Assembly: GCA_001796315.1 (NCBI GenBank)
Contig: MGME01000004.1
Location: forward strand, 3,795-67,794
DNA length: 64,000 nt
Source: Chlamydiae bacterium RIFCSPLOWO2_12_FULL_49_12
GTDB taxonomy: Bacteria; Chlamydiota; Chlamydiia; Chlamydiales; Rhabdochlamydiaceae
Direction of reading: 5' to 3'
The translations under genes and the position numbers were made by a program. Shown here piece after piece: positions 8,525 to 18,951 of this stretch. How positions within the stretch are numbered: position 1 is the first letter of the stretch; each line of letters opens with the position of its first letter. Under the pieces are notes generated by a model, which was not told the DNA's origin, ran no database searches, and saw only the letters and a program-made list of their open reading frames with translations.

Positions 8525-9307
8525 ATGACAGGAGTGGTTTTTTTTCTTGCGTTTTTTCTCTCTTGCGCTTTTTCCTCGTTGAAGGCGCTTCCACAAGGCA
8601 ATCCTGCTTTTCCGCAAGCGATGGAGCGCGGGCTCATTCTTCCCTTAGAGAATTTCGTTTCCCTGAAGGGGGAATATCTCGGGGATGTCACCTGGAGGTC
8701 TAGTTTTAAAACGGAAGAGGGCGTTGCGAGCAAGGGAAGGCGCCTTCAAAGCGAGCTCCATGCCGGCCTGCTGATTGTCAATATCTTAAATCAATTTGAG
8801 GTGTATGGATTGGCCGGAGCGATGAGGACGCGCTTATCACATGCTCCCTCGGAGGGCCTTCGGGAGCGGAAGTATGAAACTCCCTTCCATCCCGCCTGGG
8901 GAGGAGGAGGCCGCTTTATCGCCTTTTACTGGAAACGGGCGACGCTGGGGTTCGACGGGAAAATTATCGCGGCGCATCTTCCTGTCAGAAAAATCTCTTT
9001 TGGAAACACCTCCGTCGCCAGCGATGCGAAGTGGAGGATCAGGAGATTGCAAGGAGCCGGGGCGCTTTCGTATCAATGGGTTTTTTTTGCGCCCTATTTG
9101 GGAATACGCTACACCGAAGTTAGAGATCGCATTGAAGGAGTGTCAAAGAAGGCGCTGCCGGAGCGCTCGTTTCTTCTCAAGAATCGACATCCCCTGGGCG
9201 GAACCGTGGGATTTGGCCTCTTTCCAAAAGACTATTTCGCCATCAACTTCGAAGCGCGCTTTTATGATGAAGAGGGGTTTTCTCTTTTTTTCGACGTGAA
9301 GTTTTAG
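8525..9307 (+). CDS. Putative outer-membrane beta-barrel protein with MOMP-like N-terminus
   Basis: A signal-like N-terminus is followed by LPQGNPAFP, compare mature chlamydial MOMP LPVGNPAEP. It shows an amphipathic strand pattern and ends in a C-terminal Phe (FFDVKF). Confidence 0.6.
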   Translation: MTGVVFFLAFFLSCAFSSLKALPQGNPAFPQAMERGLILPLENFVSLKGEYLGDVTWRSSFKTEEGVASKGRRLQSELHAGLLIVNILNQFEVYGLAGAMRTRLSHAPSEGLRERKYETPFHPAWGGGGRFIAFYWKRATLGFDGKIIAAHLPVRKISFGNTSVASDAKWRIRRLQGAGALSYQWVFFAPYLGIRYTEVRDRIEGVSKKALPERSFLLKNRHPLGGTVGFGLFPKDYFAINFEARFYDEEGFSLFFDVKF

Positions 9308-9367
9308 CCTTGCAGGGAAAGAAAAATTTCATTAAGATTTTTACTTTCTTCTTGTTTAGTCGCTGTT

Positions 9368-10600
9368 ATGAATCGGTTTTTTTCCTCGTTCGTGCTCTTT
9401 TCTGCCGCTCTGGTCTTTTCAAAGCTCTCTGCCGATACCGTGGAAACGGCCACGGAACAGCTCGATGATCGCGAAGTCAAGTCGATTCGGGAGTTTATCA
9501 ATACCAAACGCCAAGTAACCTTGAAAGAAATCGGCGGAAATCTTTCAATTAGCGCGGAGGTGAGCACAGAATTTCAGGACTCCAATGAGCGCCTGAATGG
9601 ACTGAGGCAGCGCGCTCCCGGAGGAGCGACGGATGTGGCCGCCCGCGGCTTTGATATTGGCTTTGGACTGATCTTTGACTACCGCACCGACCGCACCTGG
9701 ATGTCCGCCAAGCTCAAATTTAAGAACAAGGCCGGGCTCTTCGGCGGCACTGCTGATAAGATTAAACTCGACAAGGCCTATTGGGGAGTCCGTCTTCTGG
9801 AACAAGAGGCGTTGACGTTAGATTGCGAGGTCGGCCGTCGCAATCTTACGACGCTCTTTGATTCCAGAGCGGAATTCAATGCCAATTTTGACGGAGTGAT
9901 CTTTAAATACGATCAGGGATTTGAGACGCTCGGGAATTTTTATGTCCATCCTGCGGTCTTTATTATCGATCAACGCAAAGACCACTACGGCTACGTAGGC
10001 GAGATCGGCCTGCTTGAGATCTTCAATACCGGGCTTTATGCAAAATATTCTCTTATCGACTGGGACACCAAGCACACTAATTACAGCCACCTCGACCAGT
10101 TAAAATTCGACTTTTTAATTTCACAATTCCTCCTGGGCTTTAGGTGTGTTCCTAAGTGGCTCAACCAAAATCTCGAGCTCTACATGGCCGGTCTTTACAA
10201 TCACGAAGCCAAAGCGCGTTCTATTACCGCCTACCAGCGCGCGGCCTGGGCCGCCTATGCAGGGTTTTTAATTGGAATGACTAGAAAGCAGGGGGATTGG
10301 GCGTTTGAGACCTACTACCAGGCCGTTGCCGCCCAGGCCATCCCGGATTACGATGTCGGAGGAGTGGGAATCGGAAATGCCGCCAATACCTCTTTTTATT
10401 CCAACAACAACATCCCCACAACCCGAAAAACGGCCGCGGGAAATACAAATTTTCAAGGCTATCTCATCAACTTTAACTACATGCTGACGGATAACCTCGT
10501 CGTCAAGCAGTCCTGGAAGCAGTCCATCACGCTGAACTCGCGTATCGGCCCCTTCCGCCGATTCAAGCAGTACGAGGTGGATTTCATCTACGCTTTTTAG
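9368..10600 (+). CDS. Putative porin / outer-membrane beta-barrel protein
   Basis: Signal peptide MNRFFSSFVLFSAALVFSKLSA, many alternating aromatic/polar strands, and a C-terminal ...VDFIYAF. Confidence 0.6.
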   Translation: MNRFFSSFVLFSAALVFSKLSADTVETATEQLDDREVKSIREFINTKRQVTLKEIGGNLSISAEVSTEFQDSNERLNGLRQRAPGGATDVAARGFDIGFGLIFDYRTDRTWMSAKLKFKNKAGLFGGTADKIKLDKAYWGVRLLEQEALTLDCEVGRRNLTTLFDSRAEFNANFDGVIFKYDQGFETLGNFYVHPAVFIIDQRKDHYGYVGEIGLLEIFNTGLYAKYSLIDWDTKHTNYSHLDQLKFDFLISQFLLGFRCVPKWLNQNLELYMAGLYNHEAKARSITAYQRAAWAAYAGFLIGMTRKQGDWAFETYYQAVAAQAIPDYDVGGVGIGNAANTSFYSNNNIPTTRKTAAGNTNFQGYLINFNYMLTDNLVVKQSWKQSITLNSRIGPFRRFKQYEVDFIYAF

Positions 10601-10601
10601 C

Positions 10602-12290
10602 CTATATAGCTACTTTTGAAAAAGTGAGGGTCGCTTGTTTCTTGTCGGCGTCCCAGGCGAAGTCTATTTGAAGAACATCCGCTGCACCCAGGGTGAAAAG
10701 AGTCTTTAGGAGGGTGGGCTGTCTCACTTCGGAAAGAAGATCTTCGCCGACAAGGCAGATGCGCTCATCATTTTTTACCGCTCTTTTTTTAGCTTCGATG
10801 AGTCGCGGAAGCGTAGCATCATGCGAGATGAGGTGCAGGGAGTAGAAGAGGTTTTCAAACCAGGGGAAGAGGCGCCTCTTTCCTTTTAGGAAAAAGAGGC
10901 GAAGATGAGGGACGGCGCCTATAAGGAGAAGGGTCTCTTTTGAGGAGAGCCGGCAGGCGATGAGGGGAGCGGAGGGGTAGGTCGCGAGGAGGGAGAGGTC
11001 CGGTTTTTCTAAAAAGTACCGGGGAATGAGAAGTTTTCTTGAAAGGAAGTGAAAGAGTGTGTCGGAGAGGCGGAAGATCAGAAGCAGAGCAAAGAAAAAG
11101 GTGATCACGCCGAGCAGCAGAAAGCCCCCGGCAGAGGAGAGGTGCAGCACTTCTCCAAAGAGGTAGATTGCAAAAGAGGCGATCAAAACGCCGGTAAAGC
11201 CTAAAAAATTGGACGCAGCGATGACCTGGCCTCTTTTTTCATCGGGGCTGAAGACTTGAACAAAGGAGTCCAAGGGTACGATAAAAGCTCCGCCGCAGGT
11301 TCCGAGAAGAAAGAGGAAAAGGAGCGTCAGGAAGAGAGAGTGGGAAAAGAGGGCAAGAGAGAGCAAAAAAAGAGCGATAAAAAGAGCTGCGAAACAAGAA
11401 AGGGAGAGTTCGATGCCTTTTCGAGAGGACTTGCCTGCCAAAAATGAGCCCAGGGCGATCCCAAAGGCAGTAGAGAGGAAGAGGTATCCGCCTGCGACCT
11501 CCGAGAGGCCCAAAGATTGCATGGCAAAGGGGATGATGTTGAGTTGGGCGAACGCGCCGATGAAGAGAAAAAAAGCAGAGCCGCTGACGGCTAAAAGAAG
11601 ATGCCTTTCGGAACGGACGGAATGCAGGGTTTTAAAGATCTCCCGGATAAAGTAGGGGTTGAAGCGTTTTTTTGAGCCTTGCGGCGGCGTGTAGCGCACG
11701 CCGAAGGAGGCGATAAACCCCATTATTGCCAGGATCAGAGAAAAGGAGACGACCAGAAGGAAGTTGTAATTTGTGATTTCGGTCATGAAGGAGGCAAAGA
11801 AGGTGCCGATGATGATGCCGAGATAGGTAAATGAGGTGATTAGGCCATTTGCCTTGGGGATGGATTCCTTCGAAACGAGTTCCGGAATGATGCCGTACTT
11901 GGATGGCCCGAAGACGGCATGAAGCGCAGCCAGAAGAAAGAGAAGCGAGTAGCCCGCAAGCCCGCTTTTGAAGGCAAAGGCAGGGAGCGCAAGGACGAGG
12001 ATGACAATCTCTACGGCTTTGATGTAACGTAGAATCCGCTGCTTGCTGTAGCGGTCTGCCAAGACTCCCGCTGAGGAAGAGAAGAGCAAAAAGGGGATGA
12101 CGAAGACAGCGCCGGCAAGCGAGAGAATCGTGTTTGCCTCTTTCTCTCCTTGCGCCTGGATGAGCATGAAGACGAGGATAAGTTTAAAAAGATTGTCGTT
12201 TACTACGCCCAAAAACTGGGCGATATTGAGAAATCCCAAGGAGTGCCGCTGAAAGCCTTGAGGAGGAGGTTTTCGAAAAAGACGAATCAT
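10602..12290 (-). CDS. lplT: MFS lysophospholipid transporter (LplT-like) with an extra C-terminal domain
   Basis: About 12 TM segments. AQFLGVVNDNLFK, GVLADRYSKQRIL and GPSKYGIIPELV...KANGL match LplT motifs as remembered. The C-terminal ~160 aa are soluble, with no clear HX4D motif. Confidence 0.6.
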   Translation of the reverse strand: MIRLFRKPPPQGFQRHSLGFLNIAQFLGVVNDNLFKLILVFMLIQAQGEKEANTILSLAGAVFVIPFLLFSSSAGVLADRYSKQRILRYIKAVEIVILVLALPAFAFKSGLAGYSLLFLLAALHAVFGPSKYGIIPELVSKESIPKANGLITSFTYLGIIIGTFFASFMTEITNYNFLLVVSFSLILAIMGFIASFGVRYTPPQGSKKRFNPYFIREIFKTLHSVRSERHLLLAVSGSAFFLFIGAFAQLNIIPFAMQSLGLSEVAGGYLFLSTAFGIALGSFLAGKSSRKGIELSLSCFAALFIALFLLSLALFSHSLFLTLLFLFLLGTCGGAFIVPLDSFVQVFSPDEKRGQVIAASNFLGFTGVLIASFAIYLFGEVLHLSSAGGFLLLGVITFFFALLLIFRLSDTLFHFLSRKLLIPRYFLEKPDLSLLATYPSAPLIACRLSSKETLLLIGAVPHLRLFFLKGKRRLFPWFENLFYSLHLISHDATLPRLIEAKKRAVKNDERICLVGEDLLSEVRQPTLLKTLFTLGAADVLQIDFAWDADKKQATLTFSKVAI

Positions 12291-12367
12291 AAGAACACGG
12301 AAGTAGTCCTATCTGGCTAAAAAGAGTTTATAGCACGAAAAAGAAATGCAAAACAGAAAGAAATGAT

Positions 12368-15300
12368 ATGGGAGCAGCTGGCATGGGTGCGGCGCCGTCT
12401 TGCAAGAAGGCCTTGTGTAAGGTTGTTGTGAGCAATCGTTTTGAAAGGCTCGCCGAGGCCCTGGGAGAACATCTCTTTACAGGAGCTCTTTTTGCTCAAA
12501 GAGTTGTGCTCGTTCCCGGCGCTTCTTTGAAAAACAGACTCCTCGATGCTCTGGCAAAAGATCCCAAATGGGGCATTGCTGCAGGAATGCGCTTTGATTC
12601 CATTGAAGGATTTCTCTCTTTTTCCCTAGAAAAAACGCAAGAGAAAAAGAGGCTTCCTTCCTGGTGGGAGCTCTCTTTGCTTTTGGAAGAAGAGATCGCT
12701 TGCATGGAAGAAAAAGAGAGAGAGCATCCTCTGTTAGGCTATCTTAACGCCATGCCCCAAAAAAAAGAGGGGAGGATCCGCTCTGTTGCCCGCCATCTGA
12801 GCGCTCTTTTTTTATCCTATGGTCTTTACGGGAAGGGATTTTTAGAAGAGTGGCTGCAAAAAGAGGGATGGAAGCAGGAGCTTTGGAAAAAGATCTTTAG
12901 AGACCGATGGACCTTTCCTCTTGAGTCTTTCCAAGACCTCGTCCTTCCTCCTGTGCATCTCTTCGGATTCTTTTCCCTTCCCTCTCTTTATCGCGAGCTT
13001 TTTAAAAAGAGCGCATCCATTTTTTATCTCCTTTCTCCAAGCCCGTTCTTCCTCGGAGACCTCCTATCCGATCGCGAGACGCTTTATGTGGAAAAAAGAG
13101 GAAGGGAGAGGAAGGTCTCTTTTCCTGAGAGAAGAGAGGTAGAACACTATCTAAAACAGCCCAATCGCTTTCTTGCCAACTTTGGAAAAGAGCGCCGGAA
13201 GCTTCTCTCTCTTTTGGAAGACGAGGAGGCTCTTGTGGAAGAGCGGTATGCAGAACCTCCGGAGCCCCAAACGCTTCTGAAAAGGGTGCAGGCGGATTTT
13301 TACCATTTGCGCAATCCCGAACAGGAGCTTCACGGCTCTCTCTTCGATCCCACGATACAGCTTCACAGAGCGCCTTCCAGATATCGGGAAGTGGAGATTT
13401 TAAAAGAAAATCTTCTATCCTTTGCAAAAAAAGGCGTCGCCTTGAAGGAGATGGCTGTTTTGGCGCCGGATCTAAAAAGCTATCTTCCCTATATCGAAGC
13501 TGTTTTGGGCGCCCGGGAGAACCCCCTCCCTTTTGCTCTTTTCGAGTGTAAGAAAAGAGATGCTTTCTCTTTTGCTCAAGGATTTTTACATCTTCTCTCC
13601 TTAAGGGGGAGTCGTTTTGAGAAAGAGGAGGTGCTCAAGCTCTTCTCTTTTCCCTCTTTCCGAAAAGGATGCAACATGGATCCCTCTGACGCAGAATGTT
13701 TTTGCAGCTGGATGCGAAAGAGCGCCCTGTTGTGGGGTTTTGATCGCACCCATCGAGAGCGGATCCTAAAAGGAGAAGAAGGATCTTTTCTAGTGCGCAC
13801 CGGAACATGGGAGTGGAGCTTTGAGCGACTTCTTTTTGGTCTTGCGACACTTGAGAGAACCCCTTTTTATTTTTCCTTAGATCTTGCCCCCTTGCCTTTG
13901 GTGAGCTTGACAGAGGCGGAACTCTTGGGAAAAGGGATTGACGCTATTCAAAGGATTTACAAAGCCACTTTGGAGATGGAAGAGAAAAAGCTGGGGTTTA
14001 GCGAGTGGGTTCGATTCTTTTCCGAGATGGCCGGAAATTTTTTCTTGATTAAAGAGGAAGAAAAGAGATTTTTTTTAGAGCTTGAAAGGATAGGGCGTAA
14101 GCTCTTTTCCTCAAGCAGCTTAGACCGAAAGAAAGTGACTGCTGAAAGAATGGGGTGCATTTTAAAAGAGTTTTTTCAGCAAAAAGAAGAGAGTCCGATT
14201 TCTTCAAATCGAGAAGTTGTCTCTTTCCATCCTTTAAAAGAAGGCAGCGTGCCCTCTGTTTCTGTTCTCTTTCTTTTAGGGATGCAGGAGGGGGCGTTTC
14301 CCCGAACAGAGAGAAAGAATCCTTTTCTTGACCCCGGCTTTGACATTCCCTCAAATCTGGATGAAGAGAGAAACCTCTTTTTGGAGGTGTTGCTGCTTGC
14401 AAAAGAGAGTCTTGTGATCAGCTGTTCCACTTCTTCCGACGAAGAGGGAGGAGAGCTCATGCCCTCTCTTTTTGTGCAGGAGCTCTTTTCTCATGTTGAA
14501 AAAGGAGGAGAGGAGAGGGAGCGCGCGATCGACTCTCTTTTTTTTCAGCATCCTCTCTTTAGTTTTGATGCCTCGTATTTTGACGAGAAGAGCTCTTTTC
14601 GCTCCCTCTCTCTCTCTCATTTTGCCGCAGCTAAAAGCTACTATCTCACTCCTTTAAGAGAAGAGTCCTCTCTTTTTGACCAGAGCGAGGAGGAAAAAAA
14701 AGAGCAGGGCGACAGGAGGGTTTCTGTACAACAGCTCCTAAAGCTAGCGCGCCATCCCATTCAATTTTTCTTCAATGAGACTTTGGGGATCTATTTTGAA
14801 AAAGAGGAGCAAGAGATAAGAGAGTTTACGCTCTCTTCCTACGATAAGGCCCGTCTCTCCCGCCTGGACCCATGCCTTCCTTTTGATGAGCTTGTGATGC
14901 AAGCCGAGGCTAAAGGAGAGCTCCCTCTTTGGCATTTTCGAGAGGTTGCAAAAGCGGCCCTTGAAGAAGAGAGAGAGGTGTACAAACGCGGACTTGAGGC
15001 ATGCGGCGTCGATCTAAAAGGCCTCTTGACGATTCTACTTCGGGAGGATCTTCAAGAACCTTTAGAGCCCCTTGCAGGGACTTTACACCTCCCCGCCCTA
15101 GAGGCTGCCATGCCGGACGGAAGAAGGGTAAAAATTGTCGGGACGCTTCGAGGAATCTCTTTGCAGGGCTTGCTTTTTCATGGAAGAGATAAGATCGAGG
15201 ATCTGGTTAAAGCGTGGCCCGCCTTCCTCGTCTTCCAGTGCCTTTCGCATCCGGCGCTAGAAGAAAAGAAGCTTCTTCTTACCAAAGCGGGGAAAGTCAA

Positions 15301-15589
15301 GAGCTTGTCTATCCAAGATCCTCTCTTAGCGCTTGGGCGCTATCTCAGTTATTTGGAAGAGAGCGAGCGGCGGATGAGCCCTTTCCTGCCGCGCTTTGCC
15401 GAAGCTTTTTTAAGAAAAGACGGGGCCGATCTGCAAAAGAGGCTCGCTTCTTTAGAAAAAGAGATCGCTATTTCGGGATCGGATCCCTATCTGGAATGGC
15501 TCTTTGCGCGGGAAAAAAAGAGAGATGCGGAGGGGATGATCTCCCGCTGGTCTTTGCTGCTTTGCGAGGCGATGGATGTTCTCCTTTGA
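12368..15589 (+). CDS. recC: Exodeoxyribonuclease V gamma subunit
   Basis: About 1070 aa immediately upstream of and overlapping recB. The N-terminus VVVSNRFERLAEAL...VLVPGASLKNRLLDALAKDPKWGIAAG is RecC-like. The true start may be GTG 12428. Confidence 0.8.
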   Translation: MGAAGMGAAPSCKKALCKVVVSNRFERLAEALGEHLFTGALFAQRVVLVPGASLKNRLLDALAKDPKWGIAAGMRFDSIEGFLSFSLEKTQEKKRLPSWWELSLLLEEEIACMEEKEREHPLLGYLNAMPQKKEGRIRSVARHLSALFLSYGLYGKGFLEEWLQKEGWKQELWKKIFRDRWTFPLESFQDLVLPPVHLFGFFSLPSLYRELFKKSASIFYLLSPSPFFLGDLLSDRETLYVEKRGRERKVSFPERREVEHYLKQPNRFLANFGKERRKLLSLLEDEEALVEERYAEPPEPQTLLKRVQADFYHLRNPEQELHGSLFDPTIQLHRAPSRYREVEILKENLLSFAKKGVALKEMAVLAPDLKSYLPYIEAVLGARENPLPFALFECKKRDAFSFAQGFLHLLSLRGSRFEKEEVLKLFSFPSFRKGCNMDPSDAECFCSWMRKSALLWGFDRTHRERILKGEEGSFLVRTGTWEWSFERLLFGLATLERTPFYFSLDLAPLPLVSLTEAELLGKGIDAIQRIYKATLEMEEKKLGFSEWVRFFSEMAGNFFLIKEEEKRFFLELERIGRKLFSSSSLDRKKVTAERMGCILKEFFQQKEESPISSNREVVSFHPLKEGSVPSVSVLFLLGMQEGAFPRTERKNPFLDPGFDIPSNLDEERNLFLEVLLLAKESLVISCSTSSDEEGGELMPSLFVQELFSHVEKGGEERERAIDSLFFQHPLFSFDASYFDEKSSFRSLSLSHFAAAKSYYLTPLREESSLFDQSEEEKKEQGDRRVSVQQLLKLARHPIQFFFNETLGIYFEKEEQEIREFTLSSYDKARLSRLDPCLPFDELVMQAEAKGELPLWHFREVAKAALEEEREVYKRGLEACGVDLKGLLTILLREDLQEPLEPLAGTLHLPALEAAMPDGRRVKIVGTLRGISLQGLLFHGRDKIEDLVKAWPAFLVFQCLSHPALEEKKLLLTKAGKVKSLSIQDPLLALGRYLSYLEESERRMSPFLPRFAEAFLRKDGADLQKRLASLEKEIAISGSDPYLEWLFAREKKRDAEGMISRWSLLLCEAMDVLL

Positions 15590-18500
15590 CGTGTTGGATC
15601 GAAACTTGAAGGTGGAAGGAGGGCTCTTCCTGGAGGCTTCCGCAGGCACAGGGAAGACCTTTGCCATTCAGCACCTTGTTTTGCGCCTACTTCTTGAAAA
15701 AGAGGCCCCCTTAACGTTGGATCAAATTTTGGTTGTGACTTTTACGCGCGCTGCCACACGCGAGCTCAAGCGGCGTATCCGCTCCCATTTAGAAGCAGCG
15801 CATGCGCAGCTGAGCGCTAAAAGCTCCGAGTGGGACTATCTCAACGCTCTTCTCGAATCAGGAGAGGAGAGAGTCTACGAGGCGGCCAAGCGCGTGGAAG
15901 CGGCTCTTCTCTGTTTTGAGGAGGCGCCTATCTTTACGATCCATGGATTTTGTCATCGGCTTCTGAAGGAGACCGCCTTTGAAGCAGGGGTTGGACTGGA
16001 CCTTTACGACAGCGCCTCCGATAGCCTAAACGTACAATGGAAAGAGACGCTTTTTGACGCTTTCCGGACGGAACTCTGCCCGCCGAGCTTTTCAGCCTCT
16101 CAAATCCGCCATCTCTTAAGCCGAGGAGGCGGGGATCTCTACAAGCTCGCGGACGAGCTTTACGCTTTGATTCAAAAAGATAAAGAGATCCCCCTCTTCC
16201 TGGAATTTGGAGAGCTCTTTGTTGCCTTTCGAGAAAGGATAGCGGCGCTCTCCCGGCGTTTTTTGCTCTCTCAAGAGAGGCTTCTTGTCGACTTTCAAAC
16301 CCACGCCTCCTGTTACAAGGAGATGACAGGTCCTGCCTTTAAGGAGCAAATGGAGCTGCTCTCTTCGCTATTAGAAAAAGGAGAGGTTGAAAAGCAAGAG
16401 TTTGACGCCTGCCTTCGGCAGCGGGAGTTTTTTTTAGAAAAAATGGTTCTTTCAAACAAAAAGGCGCGCTCTTTTCCTCCTTCAACAAGCGCTCTTCATT
16501 ATCCCGGTTTAGCCCAGGCTTTGAACGAAGAGATTCTTCCCCTCATTTCTCAAGGAAAGGATCCCAGGCAGTTGTTGCTGCGCCTGGCATCCGGGGCGCA
16601 CAAGCGCATGGAGGCCCTCGCCTCGGAGCAAGAAGAGCTTTCTCCCGACGCTCTTTTGAAAAAGACGGAAGAGGCTCTTTGCGACCCTGAGATTCTTATT
16701 AGAGTGAGAGAGAAGTTTCGGGCCGTCATCATGGATGAATTCCAAGACACCGATCCCATCCAATGGAGGATTGTCAAGCGGCTTTACAGGCCAGAGGCGG
16801 CTCCCTCCCTCTATCTTGTCGGAGATCCGAAGCAGGCCATCTATGGATTTCGAAAAGCGGATGTCTATTCCTATCTTTTGGCCGCTTCGCTCTTTTCAAA
16901 AAAGAGACATTTTTTTCTCACTACTAATTATCGCTCTGAGCCCTCTTTGATCCATGCGCTCAATACCCTCTTCTCCTATACTAAGTCCTGGCTTCCTCTT
17001 CCTGCGCAAAAAAAAGCCCTTTCTTGTCCGGCGCTCTCCCCTGCCCCCGGAAAGAGCGCGTCAGAGATTGAAGATGGAAAGAAGAGCGTCCATTTTTTTC
17101 TCTCCGAAGGGAGATTAGGAAGAGAGGGAAGCTGGCCGACGCTTCAGATCGAATGCGATCTCTTGTTTCCCTTTCTTGCAGAGGAAGCGGTCCGTCTGCA
17201 TAAAGAGAGAGAAATTCCTCTGGAGCAGATGGCTTTTTTGGTGAAAGATCGCTTTCAAGCAGAACGCCTTCAGCTCTTTTTTCACGGTAAAAACATCCCT
17301 GCTGTTTTAAAAAGAAAACAGGAGGCGGCGCGCTCTTTAGCTCTTCTTCCGATGAAAGAACTTCTCGAAGCCGCCTGGTCCCCCGGCGACTTGAGTGCGC
17401 TGAAAAGGGCGTTGGGATCATCTCTTTTCCTATGGGATCTTCAGCGCCTCATAAGCCGCGAAGAGGTTGCGCGCATCCAGCCCTTTTTCTTTGAGCTCAA
17501 AGAGGCGTGGAGAGAGGGCGGCGTGGGCCTTCTCTACGAGAGAGTGCTTCAGAGCGGCGTCCTAGAGAGACTGCTAGCCGCTAAAGAGCTCGCTCTGTAT
17601 GCCGACCTCCAACTCCTGGCAGCGCTTCTCATGGAGAAAGAGGCTCAAGAGTCTCTGCAGCCGCAAGAGGTGATAAAATTTCTTAGACGCCTCAAAAATG
17701 AAGAAGAAAAAGCCCCGCTTCCTGCCTCCCCGGCCCTGGGAGGGGTTCAGATCCTGACGCTCCATATGAGTAAAGGGTTGGAGTTTGAGGTGGTCTTTGC
17801 TTTGGCCCTTGCCTCACGCCACCTGAAGCTTGAAGAGTTTGTCTCTGTGAAAGAGAAGACAAAAGAGTGGCTTGTTCCCCTCTCTTTAGATCCGAGAACA
17901 AAGAGCGTCCTTCTTGAAAAGGATGCCGAAAAGCTCAGGCAGCTCTATGTGGCGCTGACGCGGGCAAAAAGGCGCGTCTATATCCCCGTCGTCTTGGACG
18001 AAGGAGAGAACAACGTGCCGATGGGGACGGCTTCTCCTCTGGAGATCTTTCTTGGCCGGCTTCTCTTAAAAGAAGAAGGGTGCGATTTGGAGCGGGTGTA
18101 TGCCTTGCAGCTTCCTCTTGCACGCGACCGCGTTTTTTCCCTTCTTGATGACCTGAAAGCCTCCGCTCCTTTTTCCCTTGAGGTTCTTGCAAACAAAGAG
18201 AGTCCGCCCTTTAGCCCGGCTTCCCTCCTCCCCTCTTTGATTCCTCCGGATCCCTTCGCGCCCGCCTTTCCTGCAGAACCTGTTCTCTCCTTCTCTTCAT
18301 TGACGCGAAAAGAAGAGAGCGCAAGCGCGCCGTTTAAACTTCCCTCGGCGACAACTCTTCACGCCCTTCCCCCTGGAGCGGAAACAGGAGTGCTGCTCCA
18401 TGCCCTTTTTGATAAGATCTTCCTCTATGAGCTTTATTCTCCCTATGCCAAAGATAAGATCCGCCTTCTTGTCGAAAATGAGATAGCAGCCACCGCTCTT

Positions 18501-18941
18501 CAAGGCTTAGAAGAAGAGGTCTGTACGCTGATACAAGGGGTCTTTCACCTTCCCCTTTTAGACGGGCGGGAGGCTTTTTCTTTGAGCCAGCTTAGGCCGG
18601 GCGAGGTGCTTTCCGAATTTGAGTTTGTCCACCCTTCCCCAAGGGGGCTGATCAAAGGATTCATTGACCTCGCCTTTCTCAAAGAGGGAAAGTACTATCT
18701 TCTCGACTGGAAATCCAACTTTTTGGGAGAAGATGATGAGGCTTACGCGGAAGAGAAATTGAGAGAAACAATGGAGCAAAAGGATTATTTTTTTCAGGCC
18801 TCTCTCTATGCAGGCGCCCTGAAGCGTTATCTGGAACTCTTTGATCCACGTCCATTTAAGGAGATATTCGGAGGAGCTTTGTATCTCTTTGTCCGCGCGA
18901 AGAGAGTGTATCGCTTTTTCCCAAATCTGTTTTCATGGTAA
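15576..18941 (+). CDS. recB: Exodeoxyribonuclease V beta subunit (helicase-nuclease)
   Basis: UvrD-type motifs are present: EASAGTGKTFAI, VVTFTRAATRELK, TIHGFC, IMDEFQDTD, LVGDPKQAIYGFRKAD, TNYRS. The C-terminal nuclease motif is GFIDL...YYLLDWKSN. Confidence 0.92.
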   Translation: MFSFDVLDRNLKVEGGLFLEASAGTGKTFAIQHLVLRLLLEKEAPLTLDQILVVTFTRAATRELKRRIRSHLEAAHAQLSAKSSEWDYLNALLESGEERVYEAAKRVEAALLCFEEAPIFTIHGFCHRLLKETAFEAGVGLDLYDSASDSLNVQWKETLFDAFRTELCPPSFSASQIRHLLSRGGGDLYKLADELYALIQKDKEIPLFLEFGELFVAFRERIAALSRRFLLSQERLLVDFQTHASCYKEMTGPAFKEQMELLSSLLEKGEVEKQEFDACLRQREFFLEKMVLSNKKARSFPPSTSALHYPGLAQALNEEILPLISQGKDPRQLLLRLASGAHKRMEALASEQEELSPDALLKKTEEALCDPEILIRVREKFRAVIMDEFQDTDPIQWRIVKRLYRPEAAPSLYLVGDPKQAIYGFRKADVYSYLLAASLFSKKRHFFLTTNYRSEPSLIHALNTLFSYTKSWLPLPAQKKALSCPALSPAPGKSASEIEDGKKSVHFFLSEGRLGREGSWPTLQIECDLLFPFLAEEAVRLHKEREIPLEQMAFLVKDRFQAERLQLFFHGKNIPAVLKRKQEAARSLALLPMKELLEAAWSPGDLSALKRALGSSLFLWDLQRLISREEVARIQPFFFELKEAWREGGVGLLYERVLQSGVLERLLAAKELALYADLQLLAALLMEKEAQESLQPQEVIKFLRRLKNEEEKAPLPASPALGGVQILTLHMSKGLEFEVVFALALASRHLKLEEFVSVKEKTKEWLVPLSLDPRTKSVLLEKDAEKLRQLYVALTRAKRRVYIPVVLDEGENNVPMGTASPLEIFLGRLLLKEEGCDLERVYALQLPLARDRVFSLLDDLKASAPFSLEVLANKESPPFSPASLLPSLIPPDPFAPAFPAEPVLSFSSLTRKEESASAPFKLPSATTLHALPPGAETGVLLHALFDKIFLYELYSPYAKDKIRLLVENEIAATALQGLEEEVCTLIQGVFHLPLLDGREAFSLSQLRPGEVLSEFEFVHPSPRGLIKGFIDLAFLKEGKYYLLDWKSNFLGEDDEAYAEEKLRETMEQKDYFFQASLYAGALKRYLELFDPRPFKEIFGGALYLFVRAKRVYRFFPNLFSW

Positions 18942-18951
18942 TAGTAGAGAC

